A DNA stretch of 64,000 nt from IMG/VR virus record IMGVR_UViG_3300014205_000205, positions 1-64,000 of that record. The stretch is one strand, 5' to 3'. A model generated the notes under the pieces. That model searched no databases, had not been told where the DNA came from, and saw only the letters and a program-made list of their open reading frames with translations. Positions within the stretch are counted from its first letter, which is position 1, and every line of letters starts with the position of its first letter. Source of the stretch: a virus (taxonomy: Duplodnaviria; Caudoviricetes). Positions 36,958 through 46,308 of the stretch are shown in pieces. A program made the position numbers and the translations under genes.

Positions 36958-37474
36958 CCTCTTCCACCCTCCTTCCTTGGCCTTCCATACTGTAGCCGGT
37001 GCGCTCACCGCTCTGGATCTTGGCGAAGTAGTCCTCGGGCCAGACCACACCCATTAGCCACGTGCCTTTTGTGATGTGCTGGTCGCCCTCATCGAAATCA
37101 GTGGGGGCGATGTAGCACTGAACCACATCCGGCGTTTCGCCCTCGAAGTCGACGGCGTGCATGTCGTTAATCGGACCGCCTGCCTTGGCGATTTCCTCTG
37201 CCAGGCCGGTCACATCCAAGCGAACAGTTTCGCCAGTCTCGGCCGCCTTGGCGACGGCTCCAAGCAATTGCATGGCCGCTTTTACCAGTTTGCCTTTGCC
37301 CTGCATCAACCGCATAAAGCCATAGCAGGCTTTCTCGATCTCTTCGGCCGTTGACCAGTCGCCCTGTGTGTCCACAACGTTCGGCTCGTACACGATGCCC
37401 AAGGTATATCGCTGCGCATCGGTCTTGCGAATGATCCGCACGCCGACATCGACATCCGTCCTGGTAGTTACCAC
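36935..37474 (-). CDS. XkdF-like capsid maturation protease
   Basis: GIVYEPNVVDTQGD, INDMH, KGTWLMGV, TGYSMEG. Confidence 0.88.
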   Translation of the reverse strand: MVTTRTDVDVGVRIIRKTDAQRYTLGIVYEPNVVDTQGDWSTAEEIEKACYGFMRLMQGKGKLVKAAMQLLGAVAKAAETGETVRLDVTGLAEEIAKAGGPINDMHAVDFEGETPDVVQCYIAPTDFDEGDQHITKGTWLMGVVWPEDYFAKIQSGERTGYSMEGQGRRVEEDAPKETG

Positions 37475-37484
37475 GTCACACCTC

Positions 37485-38681
37485 CTAAAATTGCTCCATC
37501 CACGTAAATGCGACAAAAACATCTGCAGCCGCACTGCTCTTGGCGGTCACGGTCAAATGCTCGCCCGGACGCATATTCAACGCGAATAGGCTAAGATCCA
37601 AAAACAACTGATCAGCTTTTGCCATTTGGAGAGCGAAGGCCAGGATGCCGCTAGAGGCCGCAGTGCTCGCGACATTGATTTGCGCCACAGATGTCAAGGC
37701 GTTGAAATCGGTATATGCTGATGTACTGGTGACAATCGGGTTTTTGTATGCCTGGATCGTGACTGGCTTCGTGCCATCCGTCGCCAGGCTGATGGCGTCG
37801 GACCGAATACGGACCTTGTTCACCACGCTTTGGTACGTCGTCGAGTTGCGCAGGGTGAACAGTGGGACTTCGGCGGTGATCGAAGCCTTTGACGTCTCAT
37901 AGGTATGGTGGACGTCATAGACCTCTTGAATGGCCGGTCCCTCAGTGGCGCCCATCGCGCTGCCGGTCTTGAGGGCGATGCTCGTATTGTTTGTGGTATT
38001 CTTGACTTCCGCCATGCAGGGTAATGTCGGATGCGTCAGACTTGGAGCGGTGTTGGCGTTAGCATAGTGAATGCGGTGAACATCGACGAACTTTCCGCTC
38101 GCGGGGTTTTCCACTGCGAACTCGATGGCGCCGAACCCCAACCATTGATAACGGATCTGGTATACGTTGCCTTTTGTTGGGTCTAGTGTCATCCCGGACG
38201 AAGTGGTACCATCCATTTCGTCAAGGTTCCAGGATGTTTGGGATGTCCATGTATCAACACCGTTGTTGCGGTGCAGAACTCCGAACGCTGCGCCGTTGTA
38301 GCCGAAGAAGAATCCATCAGTCTCATCGCCAGCGCCAATAATTTGTGTGCTGCCAACCACACCAGACGTAAAGATGGCTGTGAAGCGTACCACCGCGCCC
38401 ACTCCTGGTATGTACCGGATCAGGTGGGTGGAGGCGATCTTGGCCGAACTGTTGGTCTGGGCGCCGGTCGCCAGAACCCCCAATCCTGATGCCGTCGTGA
38501 TTGTGCCCGCCCCTGTCACTGCGGAGTCAACCAACTCGCTGTTGATTTTCTGCGCCAAATTCCATCCCGAGGAGACATTCAGTTGGCTGGTGACAATCTC
38601 GCCAAACGCCCCCTGCGCTCTTGCAAGCTCAAACACTGACAGTTGGTTAACGTTACCCGGCATGTGGCGAACGACAGCCAT
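37485..38681 (-). CDS. Beta-rich putative virion protein of unknown function
   Basis: 398 aa; DGFFFGYNG, YQIRYQWLGFGAIEF; S/T-rich; GGAGG RBS. Confidence 0.7.
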   Translation of the reverse strand: MAVVRHMPGNVNQLSVFELARAQGAFGEIVTSQLNVSSGWNLAQKINSELVDSAVTGAGTITTASGLGVLATGAQTNSSAKIASTHLIRYIPGVGAVVRFTAIFTSGVVGSTQIIGAGDETDGFFFGYNGAAFGVLHRNNGVDTWTSQTSWNLDEMDGTTSSGMTLDPTKGNVYQIRYQWLGFGAIEFAVENPASGKFVDVHRIHYANANTAPSLTHPTLPCMAEVKNTTNNTSIALKTGSAMGATEGPAIQEVYDVHHTYETSKASITAEVPLFTLRNSTTYQSVVNKVRIRSDAISLATDGTKPVTIQAYKNPIVTSTSAYTDFNALTSVAQINVASTAASSGILAFALQMAKADQLFLDLSLFALNMRPGEHLTVTAKSSAAADVFVAFTWMEQF

Positions 38682-38696
38682 TTCGTCCGCCTCCTT

Positions 38697-39587
38697 TTAT
38701 TTCGGGATTTCAGTGACCAGCGCGACGGCACACCGGCAACTCGGGTGGAGTGTCGGTCCTGATATCAGTCCGGCGTCCGATTGAAATGGTTCGCCAATCG
38801 GCACCTTTTGACCATCCATCGCCAAGCATCTAGGGCACGTTCGCGGACTGTCTACCGCTGCGATCCATTCCTGCATGGACATACTCAGAAGCAAGCCCTC
38901 TGCCCTGGCCTCTTCCCAAGCATACTGGGAACCTCTAGAGGCTGCGTTTATAGTCTCGGTGCGAGCGATGTTCTCGGCTCGTCGGCGCAAGAGCTTCTTT
39001 TCGTAGGTCTCAGCCATCTTGTTCGCTGCCGAAACCGACCTGGTGCCATCCATTGCGACCGTCTTCCAGTACTTCAGAGCAGTGTTTGCATCCCGCTCTG
39101 TCAGCCCAACCATCTCTTTGATGGCTTTCGCTGATTGGTACGGGTGCACACCAGTCTCAAATGCGTTTCGGATCACGCTTTTGATGGCCTTGCGGGTCTC
39201 ATCACCAATCTGCACCACGAGTTCGGCCGTGTGTGTGTCGATCCACTGGTAGACGTATGGGTTTTGCAGGTCGAATTTCATCGTCAGCCGCATGTGCTCC
39301 AGTTCGAGCTTCCCGGCCCTTTCCAGGGCTTGCGCCATCAAGGAAGCGCTCTCGACCACGAATAGGTTCGAGGCGGCTGTCCAGTCCATGCGGTCCAATA
39401 TGCCAGCAGGGTCGCCGGATTCAACTGCCCGAATGACGTCTTCAACGGTCACATCGCGTTTGAGTGTCTGCGAGTAGCCTGCAATTGTCTTGTCCCAGCC
39501 TGTGGTCAATTCGGTGGATAAGGTCTGTGATTGCCGTAGATGGCGGTCTAACTCGGGGTCTAGCTTGCGTACCCACTGCCAGGTCAT
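38697..39587 (-). CDS. Head morphogenesis protein (SPP1 gp7 / Mu F)
   Basis: RAENIARTETINA, QEWIAA, CPRC, PTLHPSCRCAV. Confidence 0.92.
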   Translation of the reverse strand: MTWQWVRKLDPELDRHLRQSQTLSTELTTGWDKTIAGYSQTLKRDVTVEDVIRAVESGDPAGILDRMDWTAASNLFVVESASLMAQALERAGKLELEHMRLTMKFDLQNPYVYQWIDTHTAELVVQIGDETRKAIKSVIRNAFETGVHPYQSAKAIKEMVGLTERDANTALKYWKTVAMDGTRSVSAANKMAETYEKKLLRRRAENIARTETINAASRGSQYAWEEARAEGLLLSMSMQEWIAAVDSPRTCPRCLAMDGQKVPIGEPFQSDAGLISGPTLHPSCRCAVALVTEIPK

Positions 39588-40888
39588 AGGACCTCCACTT
39601 GTTCAGGCTCGGGCAGGTTGGCCATACGTCGCATTTCAGTTTCCAACACCGGATCCGGTGTGATGATGCCGACCTTGGCCAGATTGGCGACGTAGTTGCC
39701 CACTGCTTCTAGCGCGGGCTTCTCGATCGGCCCGGGGACCAACGTTGGCAATTTCTCCAGCTTCATGTTGTTCAATGCGAACAATCGGGGGATGGCGAAC
39801 CGGTTGAAGATGGAAGCGATCATGTCCAGCCAGGCGGAGATAGCCAGGCCGAAGAGTTCGGTCTTATCCGATGAGAGAGCGAAGCTGCCGACTTTGTCGG
39901 TCCCCAGGAACATGAATTCGGCTAACACCGACATAGCGATCCGGGTCTCGTACCGCTTGATCGGCTTGTCTGAATCCACTTGCCGTTGCCCGCCCGAGGT
40001 AGCTAGCCTGAATTTGTACCCAGTTTTGATCGCAGTTCCATTGTCGTCGGTGTACTCCTCGGCGGGGATGACCAGCCCCTCGCGCTCATCTCGCTTGATC
40101 TCACTGATCATCGTCTCGAATTCGGCCCGTAATGCGGCGTCAGTTGATCCGGCTTCGGCGGTCATAATGTGCAGAGGAACTTCCATGATCGTCAGCCCGG
40201 TGGCGTCCCGCTCCATCGCAATCGCTTCGAGTTCCTGGAAACGCTTAACAAAAAACCAAGAGCGGTAGGCGTTGCGAAGAATGCTACGGCCCTCGGGGTT
40301 CCCTTTGGTCGTCTCCGTCCGGAACAGCAAGGCCTTCTCGATGGGGATAAAGACCCGCTCGAACGTCGGCGGCGCCGACTGCCACATACCGGTGACAGAC
40401 CCGTCGTCGAGGTCGAATTCCCAGTCGCTCAGCGTCTCCTGGGATCGGATTTCGATCTTGCGCCAGCCGATCTTGTTGTCCGTGTAAACGCTTCGAGATT
40501 CAGGGGGGCCAGTCGGGCCGCCTCGGCGCTTGTACACGATCTCGAAGAAAGACCACCCGGCCCACAGCATGGAAAGAACCTCGCTGATGAGGTCGCCCCA
40601 GGTATGTGACATGTCCGCCCGGCACTCGGCCAGGAATTGGGCGGCATCGACGTCGACCCTATCTTCGGATGCGGCCTTTTCGGTCCAGGTTGACTGGCGC
40701 ACCAACATCTTGATCAAAAACAAAAAGGCGCCCACTATGGCGTCGTTGTCTCGCATTTCTTGGTAGATCTTAATGGCCTGCGTACCGCGGAGCTTAGGGT
40801 GAAGCTCTTCATAAACGTGGCCGCCGTATCGGTTAAGACCTGTCCGACCGTATATCTGTGTGATCTTCTTTTTCTCGACAGCCACCAA
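39584..40888 (-). CDS. Portal protein (DUF935 / Mu gp29-like)
   Basis: YQEMRDNDAIVGA, GWSFFEIVY, GNPEGRSILRNAYRSW, VGSFALS. Confidence 0.9.
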   Translation of the reverse strand: MVAVEKKKITQIYGRTGLNRYGGHVYEELHPKLRGTQAIKIYQEMRDNDAIVGAFLFLIKMLVRQSTWTEKAASEDRVDVDAAQFLAECRADMSHTWGDLISEVLSMLWAGWSFFEIVYKRRGGPTGPPESRSVYTDNKIGWRKIEIRSQETLSDWEFDLDDGSVTGMWQSAPPTFERVFIPIEKALLFRTETTKGNPEGRSILRNAYRSWFFVKRFQELEAIAMERDATGLTIMEVPLHIMTAEAGSTDAALRAEFETMISEIKRDEREGLVIPAEEYTDDNGTAIKTGYKFRLATSGGQRQVDSDKPIKRYETRIAMSVLAEFMFLGTDKVGSFALSSDKTELFGLAISAWLDMIASIFNRFAIPRLFALNNMKLEKLPTLVPGPIEKPALEAVGNYVANLAKVGIITPDPVLETEMRRMANLPEPEQVEVL

Positions 40889-40891
40889 TCA

Positions 40892-41551
40892 TCACCTCCC
40901 CAGTAGCTCCCGGTAATCGGTGTGTCCGGGTTGAACACTCTGGTGCAGGGCCCGGATTAGGTCGAGGTCGGCAGGCGTGTCCAACGTCCACCGCAGCGAC
41001 GATGTGTCACCGGTGGAGGACACGTTGACGGCCCCGAAGCGCCCGGGGGCGTGCCATAGATACGGTGTAACGTGCTCTCGGTCAAACTTGCTGCCTGCTT
41101 CGTCCCAGGCTGTTTGCAGAGCAGCGATGCTCATGACTTCGCAATCCAAGCCGTCCGGGTAACTCGGCGGGTGCACGTTGCTGGCATACTCACAACCGGC
41201 CGCCTGGAACTCCTGGATGACCCGAGACACCACGGTGGGATCGAGCAGCGGGCAATCGGCAGTAATGCGCACCACAACGGTGAGGAGGTGCAGGGCTGCC
41301 GCCTTGAAGTAGCGGTCCAATACATCCGTCTCGTCACCGCGGTAGACCCTGACACCCCACTCCCGGCACTTGGCCGCGATCGCATCGTCCTTCTGTTCCC
41401 GGCTGGTGGCCACGACAATGCGCTCAATCTCGGGAACGAGCTTCACCCGATCAATGACGTGACGGAGAACCGGCTTCCCGCCAAGATCCATGAGGACCTT
41501 ACCAGGAAGCCGGGTGCTGCCCATGCGGGCCTGTATAATCGCGCCGATCAT
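40892..41551 (-). CDS. spsF: Acylneuraminate cytidylyltransferase, SpsF type
   Basis: IIQARMGSTRLPGKVL, RGDETDVLDRY, VRITADCPLLDP, REHVTPY, LRWTLDTPAD. Confidence 0.92.
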   Translation of the reverse strand: MIGAIIQARMGSTRLPGKVLMDLGGKPVLRHVIDRVKLVPEIERIVVATSREQKDDAIAAKCREWGVRVYRGDETDVLDRYFKAAALHLLTVVVRITADCPLLDPTVVSRVIQEFQAAGCEYASNVHPPSYPDGLDCEVMSIAALQTAWDEAGSKFDREHVTPYLWHAPGRFGAVNVSSTGDTSSLRWTLDTPADLDLIRALHQSVQPGHTDYRELLGR

Positions 41552-41656
41552 ACCCAAATAAAGCGCCCCTCTACGAAAAAGCGGCCCCGCACCCGTGGGC
41601 ACAAGACCTCATCATGGAAATTGTAGGGGATTCGACCCCCCGAAAACTGCAAACCT

Positions 41657-42121
41657 TCACGTTCCAGAACGAGAGAAGATAATCCCCTCGTCCCAGTACG
41701 CCAAGGCCAGAGCCAGCAATCCCTTATTGGCGAGGTAGTACACGTTCCGCTCGCTCATATGCAGCTCAAAGGCCACGCCGGTCGCCGTGTATCTGCCGTC
41801 CACCAGGAGCATCTGCAAGACCTGTCGGGTCTCACTTTCGAGGCTGGGCAGAGTGTCATCAATCCAGCGGACGCGTTCTCGTTTTTGCGCAACAGTCTTG
41901 TTTTGGGCCAGGGCAGACGCTCGACTTCCTACCGGGTCACCCGGGCCCCCGTTTTGTATTCCTGGTGTCTCGTTCACCGGCGAGGCGAGAATGACGTCCA
42001 TCTCGGAAACCGCCGCCTGCTTTTTGTGCCTCTGGTAGTGGCGCAGTTCCTCGCGCACGAACCAAAGGTAGTGCGCTTCTATGACACAGCCATCGATGTG
42101 GAATAGGCCAGAACGCCGCAA
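41657..42121 (-). CDS. RinA/ArpU-like late transcriptional activator
   Basis: GDPVGSRASAL, C-terminal sigma-70 region 4-like HTH GVAFELHMSERNVYY; TTTGCAGTTTT just downstream. Confidence 0.7.
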   Translation of the reverse strand: MRRSGLFHIDGCVIEAHYLWFVREELRHYQRHKKQAAVSEMDVILASPVNETPGIQNGGPGDPVGSRASALAQNKTVAQKRERVRWIDDTLPSLESETRQVLQMLLVDGRYTATGVAFELHMSERNVYYLANKGLLALALAYWDEGIIFSRSGT

Positions 42122-42133
42122 GCGACCGCCCCC

Positions 42134-43183
42134 TCAGATATTCACCACGCGCCCGGTGTCCGATGCCTTGCGAGCGGCCTCCACGATCTGAACGGCTCTT
42201 AACCCGTCCTCGCCCGTCACCAAGGGCTTTTCCTCACCGCGGATGCAGGCCAGGAAGTGCCGTAGTTCGGCCCGGTACATGTCGTCGGGATGGAACGGTT
42301 GGGCTTGCCCTTGGTGCTCGTAGGTGTGCTTCCCGGCTTTTTTGGACACCTTGACTACCCACGCGTTGAAGTTCCAGTCAATACTCCCGGTATCTCCGAC
42401 AATCCGGCATCCTCGCTGTGCTTCTTGGTCCAAGTAGTCCAAGTGGATGCTGGCCTGGACTCCACTCTCAAACCGCACTACCAGGTCGGCGATATCCTCC
42501 GTCTCGATCTGCAGAGCGCCCGAGTTCTGCATCGTGCAGGATACGCTCACAGGCTGCCCGAACAGCCAGCAGGCGTAGTCCAGTTCATGGCTGGCATCCA
42601 TGAGAATGCCGCCCCCGGTTTTCCGTGAGGCGGCATAGTTGGTACGGTAGTCGATCCCTGGGCGCCAGTCTGGCAGATAGGATCCGAAGTGGATGGAGGC
42701 GTGGCGGACCGTGCCAATGGCACCGGAGTCGATGATCCCCTTCGTTCGGCGTAGGCCGGGATGGAAACGCAAACAGTATCCGACGAGAAGGGGCACCTCT
42801 TCCGTGTCAGCATGGAGGAGGATATGTTCGGCATCGTTCAGATCGTGGGCCAATGGTTTCTCGATCATCACCGCCGACATTCTGCCGTCCACGATGGCTT
42901 CCCGTGCGGCATCATAATGCAGATGGTTCGGTGTGGCGATGATAGCGCCATCGTATTGTTCGCAAATGCCGCGGTAGGTGCCCCAAACCTTGAATGGCCA
43001 CTTGCACCCTTGTTTTTCCGAGATTGTCGGCGACCCGTATTCCCTGTATAGCGCCAATCCCGCCCGCGGATCCGTATCGCAAGCGTCGACTTCCACCCCC
43101 ATCTCTTTGAGCAGTCGAATGTGCCGGCGTCCGATGGAGCCGCAACCCACGACCAAGATCTTCAGGGGCTTATCATTTGGCAA
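42134..43183 (-). CDS. Gfo/Idh/MocA oxidoreductase
   Basis: ILVVGCGSIGRRH, IIATPNHLH, MIEKPLA, GGGILMDASHELD; TTG start after GGAGG. Confidence 0.9.
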   Translation of the reverse strand: MPNDKPLKILVVGCGSIGRRHIRLLKEMGVEVDACDTDPRAGLALYREYGSPTISEKQGCKWPFKVWGTYRGICEQYDGAIIATPNHLHYDAAREAIVDGRMSAVMIEKPLAHDLNDAEHILLHADTEEVPLLVGYCLRFHPGLRRTKGIIDSGAIGTVRHASIHFGSYLPDWRPGIDYRTNYAASRKTGGGILMDASHELDYACWLFGQPVSVSCTMQNSGALQIETEDIADLVVRFESGVQASIHLDYLDQEAQRGCRIVGDTGSIDWNFNAWVVKVSKKAGKHTYEHQGQAQPFHPDDMYRAELRHFLACIRGEEKPLVTGEDGLRAVQIVEAARKASDTGRVVNI

Positions 43184-43614
43184 GTCATTGTTACCTCCGT
43201 CTCTGTTCGCCTGGTCTCCGCGTACCCAGCCTGGGCGAAGGCCTTTTGGGATGCTGTGTTCTCCGTCTTGATCACAGCCTTGATGGTCTTGACCCCAACC
43301 TTCTGCATCTCGGCGTTTCCCAGCCGCAGTATTTCTGCCCCCACTCCGCAGCCACGATGGCCCGGCGCCACCGTCACACTGACGAATGCCTCGCCACCCT
43401 CGACGTCGTAGCGGACGGTACCCAGCGAAAGACCGGCCCGCCGAGCGATGAACAGGCGCCGGCTCGAATCCTCCATAACATTTCGTAGCCACTGGAGGTG
43501 CTCTTTCCACGAGACGGGCTTCGAGTCGAACATCATCGCCCTAGTGGTCGGATGATTGCGCCAGACGTACAGCAGCGATGCGTCCTCCATAATAGCTCGT
43601 CGCAGAGCGGTCAT
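43162..43614 (-). CDS. GNAT N-acetyltransferase, PseH-like
   Basis: LLYVWRNHP, VSWKEHLQW, VAPGHRGCGVG, ENTASQKAF. Confidence 0.85.
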   Translation of the reverse strand: MTALRRAIMEDASLLYVWRNHPTTRAMMFDSKPVSWKEHLQWLRNVMEDSSRRLFIARRAGLSLGTVRYDVEGGEAFVSVTVAPGHRGCGVGAEILRLGNAEMQKVGVKTIKAVIKTENTASQKAFAQAGYAETRRTETEVTMTCQMISP

Positions 43615-44435
43615 CGGATCTCCCTCACAAGCTGGAAGGCTTCGGCGGCCATCAGGCCGGACTGGGCGCCCCGGAGCATGGCCTGCGCCCGCAGGGCCTC
43701 TGGCGATCGCGGGTGCGGAAACGGCCGCCGCTCAGTCTCATACATCTCCATGGCTTGAATCTTCTTCTCCAGGTAGTCACCCGAGATGTCCACGAAGGTG
43801 GTAGGCCGGAATGCCGGTTCCGTGCTGAAAGCCCATTCGGTCGAGCTGGCCACCTCGTAGGCATAGACACTCTTTACGGAGCAGCCCGGAACCGGCCGCG
43901 TTGCGATCAGAGTAGCATGCGCCATTGCCCGGTGATCCTGATTCAGGTCCCCAATGTGATGGGTATACACCACTTCTGGCTGGTATAAGTCGAGCAGGTG
44001 CTTGATAACTTCAGAGATGTCCAAGCCGCCGATTGTGTCCAGACGTTGGTCTGGCAAGTTTCCGAAGCTAACGATGGAAGCTCCTAGAAACTTGGAGGCG
44101 TTATCAGCTTGACTCATCAACGTCTCTAGTTCTGCCGTTGTCGTCGTGCCTCGTGATGTTAGGCCGGTTGCCAGTATGCCGATGCTTACCTCGTGGCCCT
44201 CGGCCGCCAGGCGGGCAATGGTACCGCCGCATCCAAGGCACTCATCGTCTGGATGTGCGGCCAAGACGAGAATCCGCTTGCTTTTGGCGCTCGGCTGACG
44301 CGGCGCTACCATGGCTTGGTCGGCCTTACACACATGGCAGAAATTCGGACCACCGCACCGCATCTGTTTCCCGTCGGGACGGGGGAACACCCGCCCGTGT
44401 CCGCTATTTGGATTAGCTGGATTGTAACGTTCCAA
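43611..44435 (-). CDS. PIG-L/LmbE family N-deacetylase with small N-terminal Cys-rich extension
   Basis: AAHPDDECLGCGG, VYTHHIGDLNQDH, KKIQAMEMYETE, AEAFQLVR. Confidence 0.9.
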   Translation of the reverse strand: MERYNPANPNSGHGRVFPRPDGKQMRCGGPNFCHVCKADQAMVAPRQPSAKSKRILVLAAHPDDECLGCGGTIARLAAEGHEVSIGILATGLTSRGTTTTAELETLMSQADNASKFLGASIVSFGNLPDQRLDTIGGLDISEVIKHLLDLYQPEVVYTHHIGDLNQDHRAMAHATLIATRPVPGCSVKSVYAYEVASSTEWAFSTEPAFRPTTFVDISGDYLEKKIQAMEMYETERRPFPHPRSPEALRAQAMLRGAQSGLMAAEAFQLVREIR

Positions 44436-44451
44436 GTAAAATACGTCCTTT

Positions 44452-45099
44452 CTAAGCCCACCAAGTCTGATGGGTGTCCAAGTCCAATAGAGAAAGGCGC
44501 CCTCCCCAGACGGCGCCCGTGTCGATGCCTATTTTGTCGGGTCCGCGCCACACCTCGTAGCTGCCGTGCAGCAGATGCGTCGGTGTGTGGCCGAAGACCA
44601 CTCGTTTACCGCGGTAACCCTCGTGGAACTCCCCGCGGATCCAAAGGAGGTCATCTGGTGTCTGTTCGCTCAACGGAACTCCCGGCCGCAGGCCCGCATG
44701 GACGAGGATGCAGTCAGGCTCCTCGTGGTAGAGTGGCAAGCCGGCGAGGAAGTTGACCACGTGGTCCGGGATAGCACCGCCGAAGTCTGCCATAGTTTTG
44801 TCTCCGCCTTGTTGCATCCACACTTGGCGGTCCCACTCGCGCATCCAGGCATGGCGACTTGCATCTCCTTGCAGGTAGGCCAGCATTACAGCGTCGTGGT
44901 TGCCAAGGACGGCCTTCGCCCCTCGGTCTACCAGGTCCATCACAAGGTGAATGGTTGAGGCCGCGTCCGCCCCTCGGTCCATGTAATCGCCCAACAAAAA
45001 AAGCCGGTCGCTCTCCGGCTTGTAGTGGGCCATATCCAGGATTTGCAGCAGTCGATGTCCTTCGCTGTGGATGTCTGCCACGGCCAGCCTACGACCCAC
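44452..45099 (-). CDS. Calcineurin-like metallophosphoesterase (Ser/Thr phosphatase type)
   Basis: DIH, GDYMDRG, GNHD, VHAG, VFGHTP, IDTGA. Confidence 0.9.
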   Translation of the reverse strand: MGRRLAVADIHSEGHRLLQILDMAHYKPESDRLFLLGDYMDRGADAASTIHLVMDLVDRGAKAVLGNHDAVMLAYLQGDASRHAWMREWDRQVWMQQGGDKTMADFGGAIPDHVVNFLAGLPLYHEEPDCILVHAGLRPGVPLSEQTPDDLLWIRGEFHEGYRGKRVVFGHTPTHLLHGSYEVWRGPDKIGIDTGAVWGGRLSLLDLDTHQTWWA

Positions 45100-46033
45100 G
45101 GCGAATCTCCTCCAACACTTGGGCCAGGCGTTCCTTGCGGGATTTGGGGTGCCAGTCTAAATGTGGTGAAGGATATAGATTCATCGTCGGTTGCTTCACG
45201 GCGCCACAGACGACCGAGGTTCCCGGCACTAAGCCGGTGATTTCATGGGCAAGTACGGCCAGGCTGCATGTTTCCGACCCGGTGACATCGGTGGTAAGGC
45301 CCTCCGCCCAGTTGGCATTGAAGGGCGTCCATTTGACGGCGGCCAAGAAAGCGCCAGCAACATCCTCGATGTGCATGACGTTGAGCGGCAATGGGTAGGG
45401 CGCGGTCACCCGCACTTCGCTTTTGGCCAAGGCGTCCCGGCATATTTGGTAGACAACGCCTTCTCTGCGATCTCCGCCAAACACTCCGGGCAGTCGCAGA
45501 ATCGAGACGGTCAAGCCCTGTTTCCTACCCATTTGAAGAACCTGTTCCGCAGCCAACTTACTGGCCGCGTAGTGATCCAAAGGATCAGCGAGGAGTTCAT
45601 CATCGCACGTACCGCCATAAGCCAGAACGCCGTATACCGCCTGCGTGCTGGCAAAGATCAGGTGCTTTACCCCAGCCTTAAGGCAGTAGTCCAAGACGTT
45701 GGCCGTTGCTACTACGTTGTCACGGTACAGCCGGGCGATGTCGCAAGGCCCGGGTACGGGCGGCAAATCGGCCCCTTCGGGATTTGGCAGAAGGCTGATG
45801 TCTACCCGCCCCGCCAGGTGGATGACGACGTCGGGCGGCCGCTCCTCGATCAGTTTGCCAAAGCCCTTGGACAAGTCGCAGAACCATCGCCTCTCCGGCC
45901 CTCCCGCATACCGCCGCACATGTGGCTCGTTCGGCCAGTTGCACAGCGGTATGGCGTAGTGACCAGCCTTCTGCAACTTCGGCACCAGATGCCTGCCAAT
46001 ATAGCCTTCCGCCCCGGTGACTAGGATTCTCAC
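45089..46033 (-). CDS. NAD-dependent epimerase/dehydratase (extended SDR)
   Basis: VTGAEGYIG, VIHLAG, FASTQAVYG, YAASK. Confidence 0.9.
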   Translation of the reverse strand: MRILVTGAEGYIGRHLVPKLQKAGHYAIPLCNWPNEPHVRRYAGGPERRWFCDLSKGFGKLIEERPPDVVIHLAGRVDISLLPNPEGADLPPVPGPCDIARLYRDNVVATANVLDYCLKAGVKHLIFASTQAVYGVLAYGGTCDDELLADPLDHYAASKLAAEQVLQMGRKQGLTVSILRLPGVFGGDRREGVVYQICRDALAKSEVRVTAPYPLPLNVMHIEDVAGAFLAAVKWTPFNANWAEGLTTDVTGSETCSLAVLAHEITGLVPGTSVVCGAVKQPTMNLYPSPHLDWHPKSRKERLAQVLEEIRRGS

Positions 46034-46062
46034 GCGTTACACTCCTTTTACAGGCGGACGTC

Positions 46063-46308
46063 TCAGCCGCGCAAGATCTTATCGACGGTCGTATACGTTT
46101 CAAGCACTTCCCGCCAATCGTCGCCATAGCGTCCAAGAAGCGCCGTGGCTTTACGCAACCAATCACCGTGAGCATATCTTTTCCAGTCAGGGTGGTTTCC
46201 GATGTGCTCATAGCCCCATGAGCACTGGTCAATGTGACTGAGCTTACAGAAACGCTCATGCAATTCGATCGCAACCGATTGCTCAGCAGTCAAGCTCATG
46301 CGTTCCAC
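46063..46308 (-). CDS. Hypothetical protein
   Basis: 81 aa ORF overlapping the upstream stop. Confidence 0.55.
   Translation of the reverse strand: MERMSLTAEQSVAIELHERFCKLSHIDQCSWGYEHIGNHPDWKRYAHGDWLRKATALLGRYGDDWREVLETYTTVDKILRG

Noticed and set aside
35773-37074. 433-aa + strand ORF
   Set aside because: Shadow of the scaffold gene; typical of GC3-rich antisense frames.
41626-41640. tRNA T-arm-like GGGGGTCGAATCCCC
   Set aside because: No acceptor, D or anticodon arms; more likely part of the late promoter region.
42134-43510. 458-aa oxidoreductase with long N-terminal extension
   Set aside because: The extension overlaps the GNAT gene; the Rossmann motif begins right after TTG 43183.
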